Assembly: GCA_937922655.1 (NCBI GenBank)
Contig: CALAJH010000011.1
Location: forward strand, 100,257 to 164,256
Source of the DNA: an uncultured Bacteroidia bacterium
Lineage (GTDB): Bacteria; Bacteroidota; Bacteroidia; J057; CALAJH01
Direction: 5' to 3'
Length of the DNA stretch: 64,000 bases
Under the pieces are notes generated by a model. The model did no database searches, was not told the origin of the DNA, and saw only the letters and a program-made list of their open reading frames with translations. The number at the start of each line of letters is the position of its first letter. The first letter of the stretch is position 1. The position numbers and the translations under genes were made by a program. This document shows positions 29,659-39,163 of this stretch, one piece after another.

Positions 29659-31116
29659 ATGAGCCAACGAGCGCGGGTGCTGGGCGAGCTGAAAACGCGG
29701 CCCCTGCCCATTAAAGACGAAATGCGGGCGAACCTGCTCGCCGCCATCAAAGACGGAAAAAACGTTTTTCGCGGCATCGTCGGCTACGACGACACCGTTT
29801 TGCGTCAGGTCAAAGCCGCGATTTTGGCCCGGCACAACATCCTGCTTTTGGGTTTGCGCGGACAAGCCAAAACCCGTATCGCCAGACAACTCACCGCCCT
29901 TTTGGACGAATACACTCCCGTGCTGGAAGGTTCCGAACTCAACGACGACCCTTTCCAACCCCTCAGTCCGTACGGAAAACAACTCGTGGCCGAAGCCGGG
30001 AGCGACGCCCCTATTGCTTGGCTTCATCGCGACGAGCGCTTCGTGGAAAAACTGGCCACGCCCGACGTTACCGTCGCCGACCTTATCGGCGACGTCGACC
30101 CTATCAAGGCCGCCAACCTAAAACTTTCCTATTCCGACGAACGGGTCATTCATTACGGCCTCGTCCCGCGTGCCAATCGTTGTCTGTTCATTCTCAACGA
30201 ATTGCCCGACCTTCAACCCCGCATTCAGGTGGCCCTTTTCAACGTTTTGCAAGAAAAGGACGTTCAAATCCGGGGTTTCAAAATGCGTTTGCCCCTGGAC
30301 GTGCGCTTCGTTTTTACCGCCAATCCCGAGGACTACACGCATCGGGGGTCGATAGTTACGCCGTTAAAGGATAGGATTGGCTCGCAAATTTTGACCCACT
30401 ATCCCAAAAATATTGCCGACGGCATGGCCATCACCGCTCAGGAAGCGGCGATTTTGCCCCAACAGCGCGTTTCCGTACCCGAAATCGTACGCGAACTCAT
30501 CGAGGAGGTGGCGGTGCAGGCCCGGCAAAGCGAATACGTGGACGCAAAAAGCGGCGTTTCCGCCCGTATGACCATATCCATGCTTGAATACGTTGTCGCC
30601 GCCGCCGAATTGCGTTCGCCTTTCGTGCCGACCGTCGCCCGTATCATGGACGTGTTTTCCGCCGTACCCTCCCTCACCGGCAAAATCGAACTCGTTTACG
30701 AGGGCGAACAGGAAGGACCGCAAAAAGTCGCCCTACATTTGATGAACAAGGCCGTACGGGCGCTTTTTTTGCGCAAATATCCCGACCCCGAAAAAATCAA
30801 ACGTTCCAAAGCCCTTAATCCCTACGAAGGCGTTCTTAAGCATTTTGCCAAAAAATCGTTGGATTTAACCTTCGACATGGACGACAACGCCTATCGAGGC
30901 GCTTTGTCCTCGGTGGACGGTTTCGGTGCACTCGGCGCCAAAACCGACGCCGAAAAAGAGCTCGTTTTACACGGATTGGCCGAATGCTCGCAAATCGGAA
31001 AACGCTGGCTCGAAACCGGCGCCGCCTTTACCGACATTCTCGGGGGTATTTTGGGCGCGGGTTTCAACGTCGACGACGACGAAGACGAAGACTATAAACC
31101 CAAAAGGCGCGGATAA
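29659..31116 (+). CDS. AAA+ ATPase, Mg-chelatase ChlI/MoxR-related family
   Basis: GLRGQAKT Walker A, ILNELPDL Walker B variant, FTANPEDYT, PLKDRI, SGVSAR; start moved to ATG 29659. Confidence 0.85.
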   Translation: MSQRARVLGELKTRPLPIKDEMRANLLAAIKDGKNVFRGIVGYDDTVLRQVKAAILARHNILLLGLRGQAKTRIARQLTALLDEYTPVLEGSELNDDPFQPLSPYGKQLVAEAGSDAPIAWLHRDERFVEKLATPDVTVADLIGDVDPIKAANLKLSYSDERVIHYGLVPRANRCLFILNELPDLQPRIQVALFNVLQEKDVQIRGFKMRLPLDVRFVFTANPEDYTHRGSIVTPLKDRIGSQILTHYPKNIADGMAITAQEAAILPQQRVSVPEIVRELIEEVAVQARQSEYVDAKSGVSARMTISMLEYVVAAAELRSPFVPTVARIMDVFSAVPSLTGKIELVYEGEQEGPQKVALHLMNKAVRALFLRKYPDPEKIKRSKALNPYEGVLKHFAKKSLDLTFDMDDNAYRGALSSVDGFGALGAKTDAEKELVLHGLAECSQIGKRWLETGAAFTDILGGILGAGFNVDDDEDEDYKPKRRG

Positions 31117-31173
31117 CTTCAACCCTTTCAACAACCGGGTACGTCAAACCCAACGGCATTCGACGCACCGCCG

Positions 31174-33417
31174 TTATTGTGCCAAACGCAACTTCTTTTT
31201 GGGAACGTCCTTAACGATGTAGCGCAAACCAACGTAGCCCACCGGACCCATTATCGGCCCCCAAATCATGGTGGCGTCGAAGCGGGGTCCAAAAGGATCG
31301 GCGGCGCCGACGATGGGCTCGGGTTGGCGAAAACCTCCCAAGTTTTCCCCGCCCACATACACGTCCAAACCCACCGACTTAAATTTTTTGGTGACTTGGG
31401 CAATCAAGACGGCATAGGCGGGAGCGTAGTCGGGGCGGCGCCACTCTTCGGGATTGGACTTGGTTGTCGGAAGCCGTTGCGGGCCGTAAACGTGTATCGT
31501 CGCGTCAAAGGCCCACGACTTGGGTTTGAACGAAACGTTCGCCAATCCCCTGTGGGGTGAAATCAACGGACGCGTCCGTAATTCTCCCGCCAGCGTCTCC
31601 CGTACGTCGTACCATTTGTAGGCCGCCTTAGCCTCGATGATTTCTTTGTGGGAAAATCCGAACTCGAATTGCGCGGCGTGGGCAAACGAACGTCCGTCTA
31701 TCTCTTGAAGATAACGAAACCGGACTTCTTGCGGCGAGACGTCGAAGTCGGCCAAAAGCCGATTTTCAAAAACGGTGTAATAATAATCGCCGGAAAGGTA
31801 AAACGACGACGCGCCGGCGAAAAATTTTTGTAAAGCCCCGACTCCCGCGTTCCAGCCGATTTCGGGTTGCAAAACCGAGGGGAAAACATAGTTGCGGGAC
31901 GAAAGGGCGGCGCCGTAATGGTCGGCAAAGATGTTGGGCGTTCGCCACGCCCGTCCCCCGCCGATACGCAAGGCCGTTTTTTCCGTCGGCGAATATTTTG
32001 CCTGCAACCTCGGCACGGCCATAAATCCGAAAAGGTTGTGCCAATCGGCGCGGGCGCCCGCCACCGCCGTCAATTTCGCATTTGGTTTGTAGGTATATTC
32101 GAAAAACGCTCCCGGAACCCATTCCGTACGGTTGAAATCCGATGCCGCGAAGCGTTCGCGATAGTCGTCGGCCAAGAACGACGCGCCCGTACGGTACGAA
32201 TGCGATTCCAAACCGAAGGTGGATTGCCACAACCAATTGACGTGGAACCGGCGTTGAAGGCCCGAATAATTGCGACGGCCAAAGACGGCGTTCTGTTGGT
32301 GAATCGTGGCGTTTGTTTGTACGCCCGTCGAACGCCCGCAGTGCATCGGAAAAACGTATCCCGTTTTTCCCCAGAGATTCAAACGTCGGGTGGACATTCG
32401 GTAGGGATAAAGTTCGGCGCCGGGGTGGTGGGCCTGAATTTGTCCGCCGTCGACGTCGTCCCATACGCCGTGCGCCCCGAATTGACCCTCGTGTCCGTTG
32501 CCGCCTTCGTAATGCCAACGGTGCGCCGCGTTGTACAGCGTGTATTTGGGCATATCGAGAAAACCATCGTGGTTCATGTCGTTGGCTCCTTGCAAGAAAC
32601 TGCCGTGCAACATCGTAGCCGAAGCCCATTTGCGTGAAACCGGCCGGGCGACGACAACGTTGGCCTCGCCCCGGCCCGCCGTGTTGCCGTAGAGGTTGAA
32701 ATGCAAAAATTCACGCGCGTGGGGTTTGGCGAGCTCGGCGTTGATTTGTCCGGTAAGGGCTTCGTAACCATTGACCACGCTTCCCGCCCCTTTGATGATT
32801 TGCACCGACTCGACCCACGTGCCGGGCATATAGTTGAGTCCGAAGGTTTTTCCCAAACCCTGCACCCAACCCAGTTGTTCGGTCGTTATTTGAGTGTAAC
32901 TGCCCGTCAATCCCAACATTTGCACCTCCTTAACCCCCGTAACCGCGTCGGAATAAGAAACGTCCACGGTGGCGTTGGTCTCAAAACTTTCGGAAAGGTT
33001 GCAACAGGCGGCTTTGGTTAGTTCGGTTCGGGTTAGTTCTTCGGATGGGTAGGGGCCAAGGGTGGAAAGCCGGGTTCCGGGGGCGGAGGCGGCGATTTCC
33101 ACGGTTTTTATCAAAAGCGCGTCGGAAAGCGTTACGGTAACGGGCCGACCGGCTTTGGCGGCGACGGTATCGGGACGAAACCCGATGGCCTCAACAACAA
33201 GACGGTAGGTTTTGCCGTCGGATACGGGAACGACGAATCGTCCTTCCGCATCGGTAACGGCGCCGGGGGCGTCCAACGGTTTTACCGTCGCCCCGGGCAA
33301 AGGGGATAATTTTCCGCCCTCGTCGATATATTTGACCGTACCGGTCAGGGCTTGGGCGTACGCGTCGCCGGCCCTTAATTTTACAATTAGGGTTATAAAA
33401 AAAATAAAATACTTCAT
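31174..33417 (-). CDS. TonB-dependent receptor, heavy-metal-associated type
   Basis: N-terminal carboxypeptidase-regulatory-like domain (PLPGATV..TDAEGRF); plug KAACCNLSESFETN, IIKGAGSVVNG; barrel ending YVGLRY. Confidence 0.9.
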   Translation of the reverse strand: MKYFIFFITLIVKLRAGDAYAQALTGTVKYIDEGGKLSPLPGATVKPLDAPGAVTDAEGRFVVPVSDGKTYRLVVEAIGFRPDTVAAKAGRPVTVTLSDALLIKTVEIAASAPGTRLSTLGPYPSEELTRTELTKAACCNLSESFETNATVDVSYSDAVTGVKEVQMLGLTGSYTQITTEQLGWVQGLGKTFGLNYMPGTWVESVQIIKGAGSVVNGYEALTGQINAELAKPHAREFLHFNLYGNTAGRGEANVVVARPVSRKWASATMLHGSFLQGANDMNHDGFLDMPKYTLYNAAHRWHYEGGNGHEGQFGAHGVWDDVDGGQIQAHHPGAELYPYRMSTRRLNLWGKTGYVFPMHCGRSTGVQTNATIHQQNAVFGRRNYSGLQRRFHVNWLWQSTFGLESHSYRTGASFLADDYRERFAASDFNRTEWVPGAFFEYTYKPNAKLTAVAGARADWHNLFGFMAVPRLQAKYSPTEKTALRIGGGRAWRTPNIFADHYGAALSSRNYVFPSVLQPEIGWNAGVGALQKFFAGASSFYLSGDYYYTVFENRLLADFDVSPQEVRFRYLQEIDGRSFAHAAQFEFGFSHKEIIEAKAAYKWYDVRETLAGELRTRPLISPHRGLANVSFKPKSWAFDATIHVYGPQRLPTTKSNPEEWRRPDYAPAYAVLIAQVTKKFKSVGLDVYVGGENLGGFRQPEPIVGAADPFGPRFDATMIWGPIMGPVGYVGLRYIVKDVPKKKLRLAQ

Positions 33418-33463
33418 GTTTTGAGGGATTAAGGTTATTGAACGAAAACGTCAATACCTTTTC

Positions 33464-33889
33464 TCAAAACCGAAATATTTGTAAGAACGGGGGGGAGGTG
33501 TATAGTAATCGGTGGGGAAATGGGGGCGCCGACGAGCGCGGCAGAATAAAGTTACCGGGACTTGGCGGCGCCGAGGGCGCTAAAAAGAGAATCGACGGTA
33601 TGATGAGCGGAGGCGGGGCGGGGAGCGAAAACTTGCGTGCCGTCTGCTTTACTTCGAGTTGATAAATCTCGGCGGCTTCCTCGCAACAATAACTTTTTTT
33701 AAAGCCGTGCTTGGGTTTTTCCGACGAATGTTTGCAACAAACGCGGCGCGAACATTTGTCGGCGCCCCAAAGGCCGACGTCGCGGGTTTGGGCGCTTTGG
33801 CAAAAATGGGAGGCTACGACCGGTCCTACGCCGTAAAACGCCGTAAGCGCCGCCAAAATCGTTGCCAACCATTTGCGCCAATAAACCAT
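33464..33889 (-). CDS. HYC_CC_PP-family small Cys-rich exported/membrane protein
   Basis: N-terminal hydrophobic helix, SHFC, two CC pairs, Pro-rich tail with APP motifs and terminal LQIFRF; sits upstream of a metal TBDR. Confidence 0.75.
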   Translation of the reverse strand: MVYWRKWLATILAALTAFYGVGPVVASHFCQSAQTRDVGLWGADKCSRRVCCKHSSEKPKHGFKKSYCCEEAAEIYQLEVKQTARKFSLPAPPPLIIPSILFLAPSAPPSPGNFILPRSSAPPFPHRLLYTSPPFLQIFRF

Positions 33890-33893
33890 GACA

Positions 33894-33901
33894 CAAAGTT
33901 A
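33894..33901 (-). promoter_or_regulatory. Bacteroidota -7 element (TAACTTTG) for the HYC_CC_PP/TBDR unit
   Basis: Matches TAnnTTTG; 4 nt before the ATG. Confidence 0.65.
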
Positions 33902-33920
33902 GTGCATTATCGGCAAAAAA

Positions 33921-35258
33921 TCAAATTCTTCCTCGCGCTTTGAGTTCCAAGTAGCGATTGACGCTTTGAGCGGAAAGTTGTCCGTAGGGGCAAAGCAGGG
34001 CGTGGATGCCGTAGGATTCGAGTTCGCGCACAATTTGTCGTTTTTCCATCGCCAAACGTTCGGCCATTGTGCGAACGTAAATTTTTTCGACGTTTTCCGC
34101 CGGCCGCCGCGCCATTTCTTCCAGTTCCTCGTTTTGAAAAAAGACAACGACCAACAAATGGTTTCGGGCCAGCTTGCGCAAATACGGCAAATTACGGCGC
34201 ATGCCCGTCAGGGATTCAAAGTTGGTGTAAAGCAAAATGAGGCTTCTGGGACCGATTTTTCGTCGGGTGGCGACGTACAAGGCCTCGAAATCCGATTCGG
34301 GGAAAGTGGTCGTTTGGCGGTAAAGCGTTTCCAAGACTTTGTTGAGCGTGCCGGGCCTGCGGTCGGCGGGCAAAAAGTCCACCGGCTCCGTTGAAAACGT
34401 GCATAGACCGAATCGGTCTTCTTTCAACAAAACAATATTGGCCATCACCAAAGCCGAATTGACGGCGTAATCCAAAAGGGTCATGCCTCCGAAAGGCATT
34501 TGCATCGGCCGACCCAAATCAATAAAGCAGTAAACGGGTTGGGAACGTTCGTCGCGATATTGATTGACCATCGGTTCGGATTTTCGGGCCGTGGCCTTCC
34601 AATTGAGGGTGCGGTAGTCGTCGCCGAAAACGTAAGTCCGGATTTGGTCGAACTCCATGGTATGGCCGATTCTACGCGTTTTTTTTACGCCGTATTGGTT
34701 GGACGCGCGTCCGGCGGCTATGAGTTCGTATTTGCGCATTTGCACGAAGGAGGGATAAACGGCGACGTCGCAAGGCTCCGAACCAATTATTTTTCGCTTG
34801 GCTAAACCGATACGCGTGGTGGCGAAGGCTATCGAGCGACCGAACCGGAACACCCCTCGTTCGACGGGGGTCAGCGAATAAACGGCGCGTTTGGCCGACG
34901 ACGCGTCAAGGGATAAGCGTATGGAAAAATCCCTTTTTTGGAATTGGAACGGCAGTTCCTCGATAATTTCCAGAAATATACGGACGGGAAAGTAGTTGGA
35001 AACGACGAGGGCGACGTTGTTGGGGTCGCCGTTGGAAAAACGTTCGGCGGTTTCGCGCCGTATCGTCGCCTCTCCTCGAAAAAGGACAATCGTTTCCGCC
35101 GCCGTCAATACCCCTAAAAGCATCAGCAAACCGACGGCGACGGGAGTTGTCGTCGGCACAAAGTAGGCTACGACAAACGCGAAGGCGGCCAGCCCTACGG
35201 CCGCAAAAAAGCGCGTCGTCGGGAACCAGTTCGTCCATAACCACCGTACCGCGTTCAT
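33921..35258 (-). CDS. DUF58-domain protein
   Basis: N-terminal TM pair, RGVFRFG, VAVYPS, EFDQIRTYVFGDDYRTLNWKATAR, VNQYRDE, IDLGRPM. Confidence 0.92.
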   Translation of the reverse strand: MNAVRWLWTNWFPTTRFFAAVGLAAFAFVVAYFVPTTTPVAVGLLMLLGVLTAAETIVLFRGEATIRRETAERFSNGDPNNVALVVSNYFPVRIFLEIIEELPFQFQKRDFSIRLSLDASSAKRAVYSLTPVERGVFRFGRSIAFATTRIGLAKRKIIGSEPCDVAVYPSFVQMRKYELIAAGRASNQYGVKKTRRIGHTMEFDQIRTYVFGDDYRTLNWKATARKSEPMVNQYRDERSQPVYCFIDLGRPMQMPFGGMTLLDYAVNSALVMANIVLLKEDRFGLCTFSTEPVDFLPADRRPGTLNKVLETLYRQTTTFPESDFEALYVATRRKIGPRSLILLYTNFESLTGMRRNLPYLRKLARNHLLVVVFFQNEELEEMARRPAENVEKIYVRTMAERLAMEKRQIVRELESYGIHALLCPYGQLSAQSVNRYLELKARGRI

Positions 35259-35267
35259 GGTGCGAGG

Positions 35268-35753
35268 TTACGCATTGCGGTCGGTTTGGGGTTCGGCTTC
35301 CAAGGCGGCGCGACGTTTTTCGATGAGTTGGTGTAGGGTCATGGCCTCGTCGTCGGTGAGCGCCGAACGGTGAAATTCCAAGACGTTGACTTGTTCGCTT
35401 AGCATTTGGATGAATTGATAGCCCTCTTCGGTGAGGGCGACGGCGATTTCGCGCCGGTCGGTTTCGGAAACCCGTTTGAATACTTTGCCTCGTGCGGCGA
35501 GTTTGTCCACGATGCGGGTGACGTTGGAAGTCTGATCTATCATGCGGTCGGCGATGCCCTTTCGACTTAAAGGCTTGGGGTGCGAACCGCGCAAAATGCG
35601 CAATACGTTTGCCTGTTCAAACGTCAAGCCGAATTCACGGTAGCGGCGATTGACGGCAATTTTTATTCGCGAAGCCGTATAAAGAATGTTCAAGTCGGCT
35701 TTTTGGCGAATATCCGTCAATTTGTCGGTTTTTAGCGCTTCTTCGAGTTTCAT
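35268..35753 (-). CDS. MarR-family transcriptional regulator
   Basis: LTFEQANVLRILRG, SNVTRIVDKL, DRRE wing, LTEEG. Confidence 0.92.
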   Translation of the reverse strand: MKLEEALKTDKLTDIRQKADLNILYTASRIKIAVNRRYREFGLTFEQANVLRILRGSHPKPLSRKGIADRMIDQTSNVTRIVDKLAARGKVFKRVSETDRREIAVALTEEGYQFIQMLSEQVNVLEFHRSALTDDEAMTLHQLIEKRRAALEAEPQTDRNA

Positions 35754-35881
35754 GCGTTATAATACAACTTGCCCGCCGACGTTTACATGCGTCAAGAAAA
35801 AAGGCTCAATTACAAAAATAACAATTTTGTCCCGCGTCATACGGACAATTCCGTTGAAATTTGGATTAAATCGATGGGGGG

Positions 35882-38800
35882 TTATTTTAGGTCTTCGACT
35901 TCGACGTTGTAAAAGGAAAGGGTAGGGGGCGGGGTGGTTTTTCCTCGTTCGCGCAAAGCGACGATTATCGTGTTGCGGTAGTTTTCCAGCCGCTGAATGA
36001 GGTTTCTGAAAAGTTCGATGTATAGCGTCCAATACAAGGCGGCTGTAAAAAGCCAAAGCATGAAGATATTGAAAACAAACGTATCGACGTAGTAGCCGTA
36101 CACGTATTTGACGGGCGCGTAGAACCATGTGCGAAAGCCGAAAATACCGGGTTTGGGCGGTGGAATGCGGTAATTGGGGTCGGAAAGCGGCACCAAGCGT
36201 CCGTCTTCTTCGGCGATGTGTTCGGAATAAATGGAATGGGTGAGCATGGCGGTCAAGGCGCGGTTGTCGTATTTTTTTTGAAGTTCGAGCGGATCGGCGG
36301 TTAAGGCGAGTTGTGCGGCGACGCGGTCTCGCGCGTCCCGGCTTTTTTTGCGAAGGGCGGAATAGTGTTTGCGCATGCGTCCATAGAGTTTGTTTAAATC
36401 TTGGGCGACACTCGCGCTGAATCGTTGGGGGTGTAGTTTTTCCAAGATTCTACGGTCTTTTAGGCCGAGCTTGGGCATGACGGAGCGTAATTCGGCGTCA
36501 ATCAACGACAGGTCGCGTTCGTATCCGAGGGCTTTTTGTGCGTCGAAAGGCAGGGGTTTGCCGACGGCTTCGGCCTTGATTTTTTCCGAAATATATTTTG
36601 CCGCGCGTTCGGTGCGATTTTCGAGTTCGGGAAGCCAGTAATCCAAGCGATAATCGGCTTCAAAAATGTCTTTATCGTAGGGATAAAAGTGTTTTTGATA
36701 CGAATTTTGAGTAAATTGTCGAACGGCGAGCGCTTCGTAGGCCCATCTTGCGGCGGTCAATTCGCCGACCAACGGGACGGGGTCTTTGCCGCCTATGGCG
36801 GGGTTCATTTTGTCGAATGAGACTATCGCGCCGCAAAGCACCATTTGCGGTATCAACAGAATGGGGACGAGAATGTAAATATTGACGGGTTTGTCGAACG
36901 TGGCCGAAACGTTCAATCCCAAGAGGTTGCCGAAACAGGCCATCGAAAACAGGACCATCCACCGCGACAGCCCAAGTTCGCGCATTTCCATAATCCGGTC
37001 GGAAACCCAAACGTATCCCGCCATTTGTATCGCCGAAACGCCGAAAAGCACGATGATTTTCGCGGCCAAATAGGCATGACGCGACAAGCCGATGTACGAC
37101 TCTCGTCTCCGTATCAAACGGTCGCGCACGATTTCTATCGCGCTGAATATCAATCCCAAAAACAAGGCGACAATCACCGAAACGAAAAAAAACGCCGGCA
37201 GATTGTCGTTTTCGTAAAGCGTATATTCGTATTTTCCTTCGCTAGACGTATTGGCTTTTAAGATAAAGGCCAATACGCCGGCCAAAATCATTCCTATGGT
37301 CGTAGCGATTAGGAAGTAGGGTTTGTTCGACCACTTGATTTTAAAGTCGCGAAGGGCGTAGGTCAGCCATTGCCGGAATTTTCCCGGAAGATGGAGGCTT
37401 GGACGCGGAAGCTCTAGCTCCCGCTCGATGCGTGGCTCGGGAATGCGGCTGTTTCGGAAGGCGTAGAACCATTCGTAGGGCTGCATCCGTCGTTTTTGCG
37501 TTATCCGTCCCGATTCGTCTATCAATTTCTCCTCGAGAATCGAAAAAACTTGGTCGGGATTGACCGCGCCGCACTCGTGGCATTCCACCGCCTCGGGATT
37601 GACGTGGTTGAAGGCGCGGCGAAAGTAACGAATACCTTCGAGCGGGTCGCCATAATATACGGGATAACCGCCTTTGTCCAAGAGCAGAAACCGGTCGAAC
37701 AATTTGAAAATATCCGACGACGGCTGGTGAATCACCACCAAAACCAACTTTCCCCGTCCGGCAAGGACTTTGAGCAAATCCATGACCGACTCCGAATCCC
37801 GTGAGGAAAGCCCGCTTGTCGGTTCGTCGACCATGAGTATGGCGGGTTCACGGATGAGTTCGAGGGCGATGTTGAGCCGTTTGCGCTGTCCGCCCGAAAT
37901 GGCGGGATTGAGGGCGTTGCCCACTTTTAGCCGCTTAATGTCCGAAAGGCCGAGTTCGGTTAAGGTTTTCAATACCCGGCGTTTGATTTGGTGGTCGGAA
38001 AGGTTGCCAAAGCATAGTTTGGCCGCAAAATAAAGGTTTTCGTACACCGACAATTCCTCGATGAGCGTATCGTCTTGGGAAACATAGCCCATGAGTCCGC
38101 GCACTTCTTGCTTGTAGCGGTGAACGTCAACGTTGTTGATGGTTACAAAACCCTTTGTAGGTCGAAGGGTGCCGTTGAGAATTTTGGAAAGCGTGGTTTT
38201 GCCGGCGCCGCTCGGCCCCATGATGGCCACCATGCGTCCCGACGTTTCCCTTAAATCCAATTCGTGCAGTCCGTAAACGCCGCTGGGAAACTTATACTCC
38301 ACTCCAATGGCCTCCAAGACTATCGGCTCGGTCATCTCTTCGCCTTTGGCCAAATTGACGAGGTCGGAATAGTACAAAGGACGCGTTTTACCCGACTTGA
38401 TGACGCTACCCGGAGACAGCGTATACACCGCTTCCGGGTTCATGATTTGCCCGTTGAGGTAGATGTCGCCTTGTCCGATGTAGCGGATGAGGTGAAGTTC
38501 CGCGTTCGCCAAATACAACATGGCGAAGTGGCCTTCTAGATGGTCGAGTTTGTAGATTTTTTCCGCAGGACCGCGTGCCTCTCCCGCAATGACCGTCATG
38601 TCCGGCAACATGCGATGCCGCGGGTCGGGACAGGTGATAAATTTCAGCAGTTGACGGTAATCGGAGTTGTCAATACGGAAAATTTTTGCCGCATTGCTAA
38701 TGGCGTTGAGTTCGAAACTCGACAGCGAACGGTCGCTGTACGCCAATTCAATCAGTCTTGTGAGGATGTAATATTTGTGGGAAAGACGCAAGTTGGCCGA

Positions 38801-39037
38801 AACCCGGCTTAACAACGTGGTCAAATCCCCCGATTCGTTCTCGTCCTCAATGAACTGTCGAAAGCGCAGAATGTATTCATGGGCGACGCGGTCGTTGAAT
38901 TGGTGGGAAAGAAAATTGCGCACGACGACAAAATCCTCGTCCCCCACACCGTTTTTGCGGGAGATGGCCGCAAAAATTCGAAGCAGTGTTTCGAGCAGGT
39001 CGACGCTAATGTTTTCCTTCTGGAGGTTTGCACTCAT
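35882..39037 (-). CDS. Single-chain ABC transporter (TerB-like N-domain, NBD, ABC-2/ABCG-type TMD)
   Basis: GPSGAGKTT, YVSQDD, ISGGQRKR, ILMVDEPTSGL, VIHQPS; multi-TM C-terminal half; N-terminal LIELAYSD..LSSFE TerB-like motif. Confidence 0.88.
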   Translation of the reverse strand: MSANLQKENISVDLLETLLRIFAAISRKNGVGDEDFVVVRNFLSHQFNDRVAHEYILRFRQFIEDENESGDLTTLLSRVSANLRLSHKYYILTRLIELAYSDRSLSSFELNAISNAAKIFRIDNSDYRQLLKFITCPDPRHRMLPDMTVIAGEARGPAEKIYKLDHLEGHFAMLYLANAELHLIRYIGQGDIYLNGQIMNPEAVYTLSPGSVIKSGKTRPLYYSDLVNLAKGEEMTEPIVLEAIGVEYKFPSGVYGLHELDLRETSGRMVAIMGPSGAGKTTLSKILNGTLRPTKGFVTINNVDVHRYKQEVRGLMGYVSQDDTLIEELSVYENLYFAAKLCFGNLSDHQIKRRVLKTLTELGLSDIKRLKVGNALNPAISGGQRKRLNIALELIREPAILMVDEPTSGLSSRDSESVMDLLKVLAGRGKLVLVVIHQPSSDIFKLFDRFLLLDKGGYPVYYGDPLEGIRYFRRAFNHVNPEAVECHECGAVNPDQVFSILEEKLIDESGRITQKRRMQPYEWFYAFRNSRIPEPRIERELELPRPSLHLPGKFRQWLTYALRDFKIKWSNKPYFLIATTIGMILAGVLAFILKANTSSEGKYEYTLYENDNLPAFFFVSVIVALFLGLIFSAIEIVRDRLIRRRESYIGLSRHAYLAAKIIVLFGVSAIQMAGYVWVSDRIMEMRELGLSRWMVLFSMACFGNLLGLNVSATFDKPVNIYILVPILLIPQMVLCGAIVSFDKMNPAIGGKDPVPLVGELTAARWAYEALAVRQFTQNSYQKHFYPYDKDIFEADYRLDYWLPELENRTERAAKYISEKIKAEAVGKPLPFDAQKALGYERDLSLIDAELRSVMPKLGLKDRRILEKLHPQRFSASVAQDLNKLYGRMRKHYSALRKKSRDARDRVAAQLALTADPLELQKKYDNRALTAMLTHSIYSEHIAEEDGRLVPLSDPNYRIPPPKPGIFGFRTWFYAPVKYVYGYYVDTFVFNIFMLWLFTAALYWTLYIELFRNLIQRLENYRNTIIVALRERGKTTPPPTLSFYNVEVEDLK

Positions 39038-39100
39038 GAATGACGCTACGAAGATAGCGCTTTTTCGCGTTCATCAGGCTTTGTTTTGTCCACATCGCCT

Positions 39101-39133
39101 AAAAATACAATGGGCCGCCCAAAAGAGCGGCCC
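39101..39133 (-). terminator. Probable intrinsic terminator after the lipoprotein gene
   Basis: GGGCCGC..GCGGCCC stem followed on the minus strand by ATTGTATTTTT. Confidence 0.55.
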
Positions 39134-39163
39134 GCGTGTATCGGTTTGAATTTGATGTTTTGG

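Noticed and set aside
29659-31116. Evidence of phototrophy from a Mg-chelatase-like gene
   Set aside because: Belongs to the widespread non-photosynthetic ChlI/MoxR-like family; no bch genes in the window
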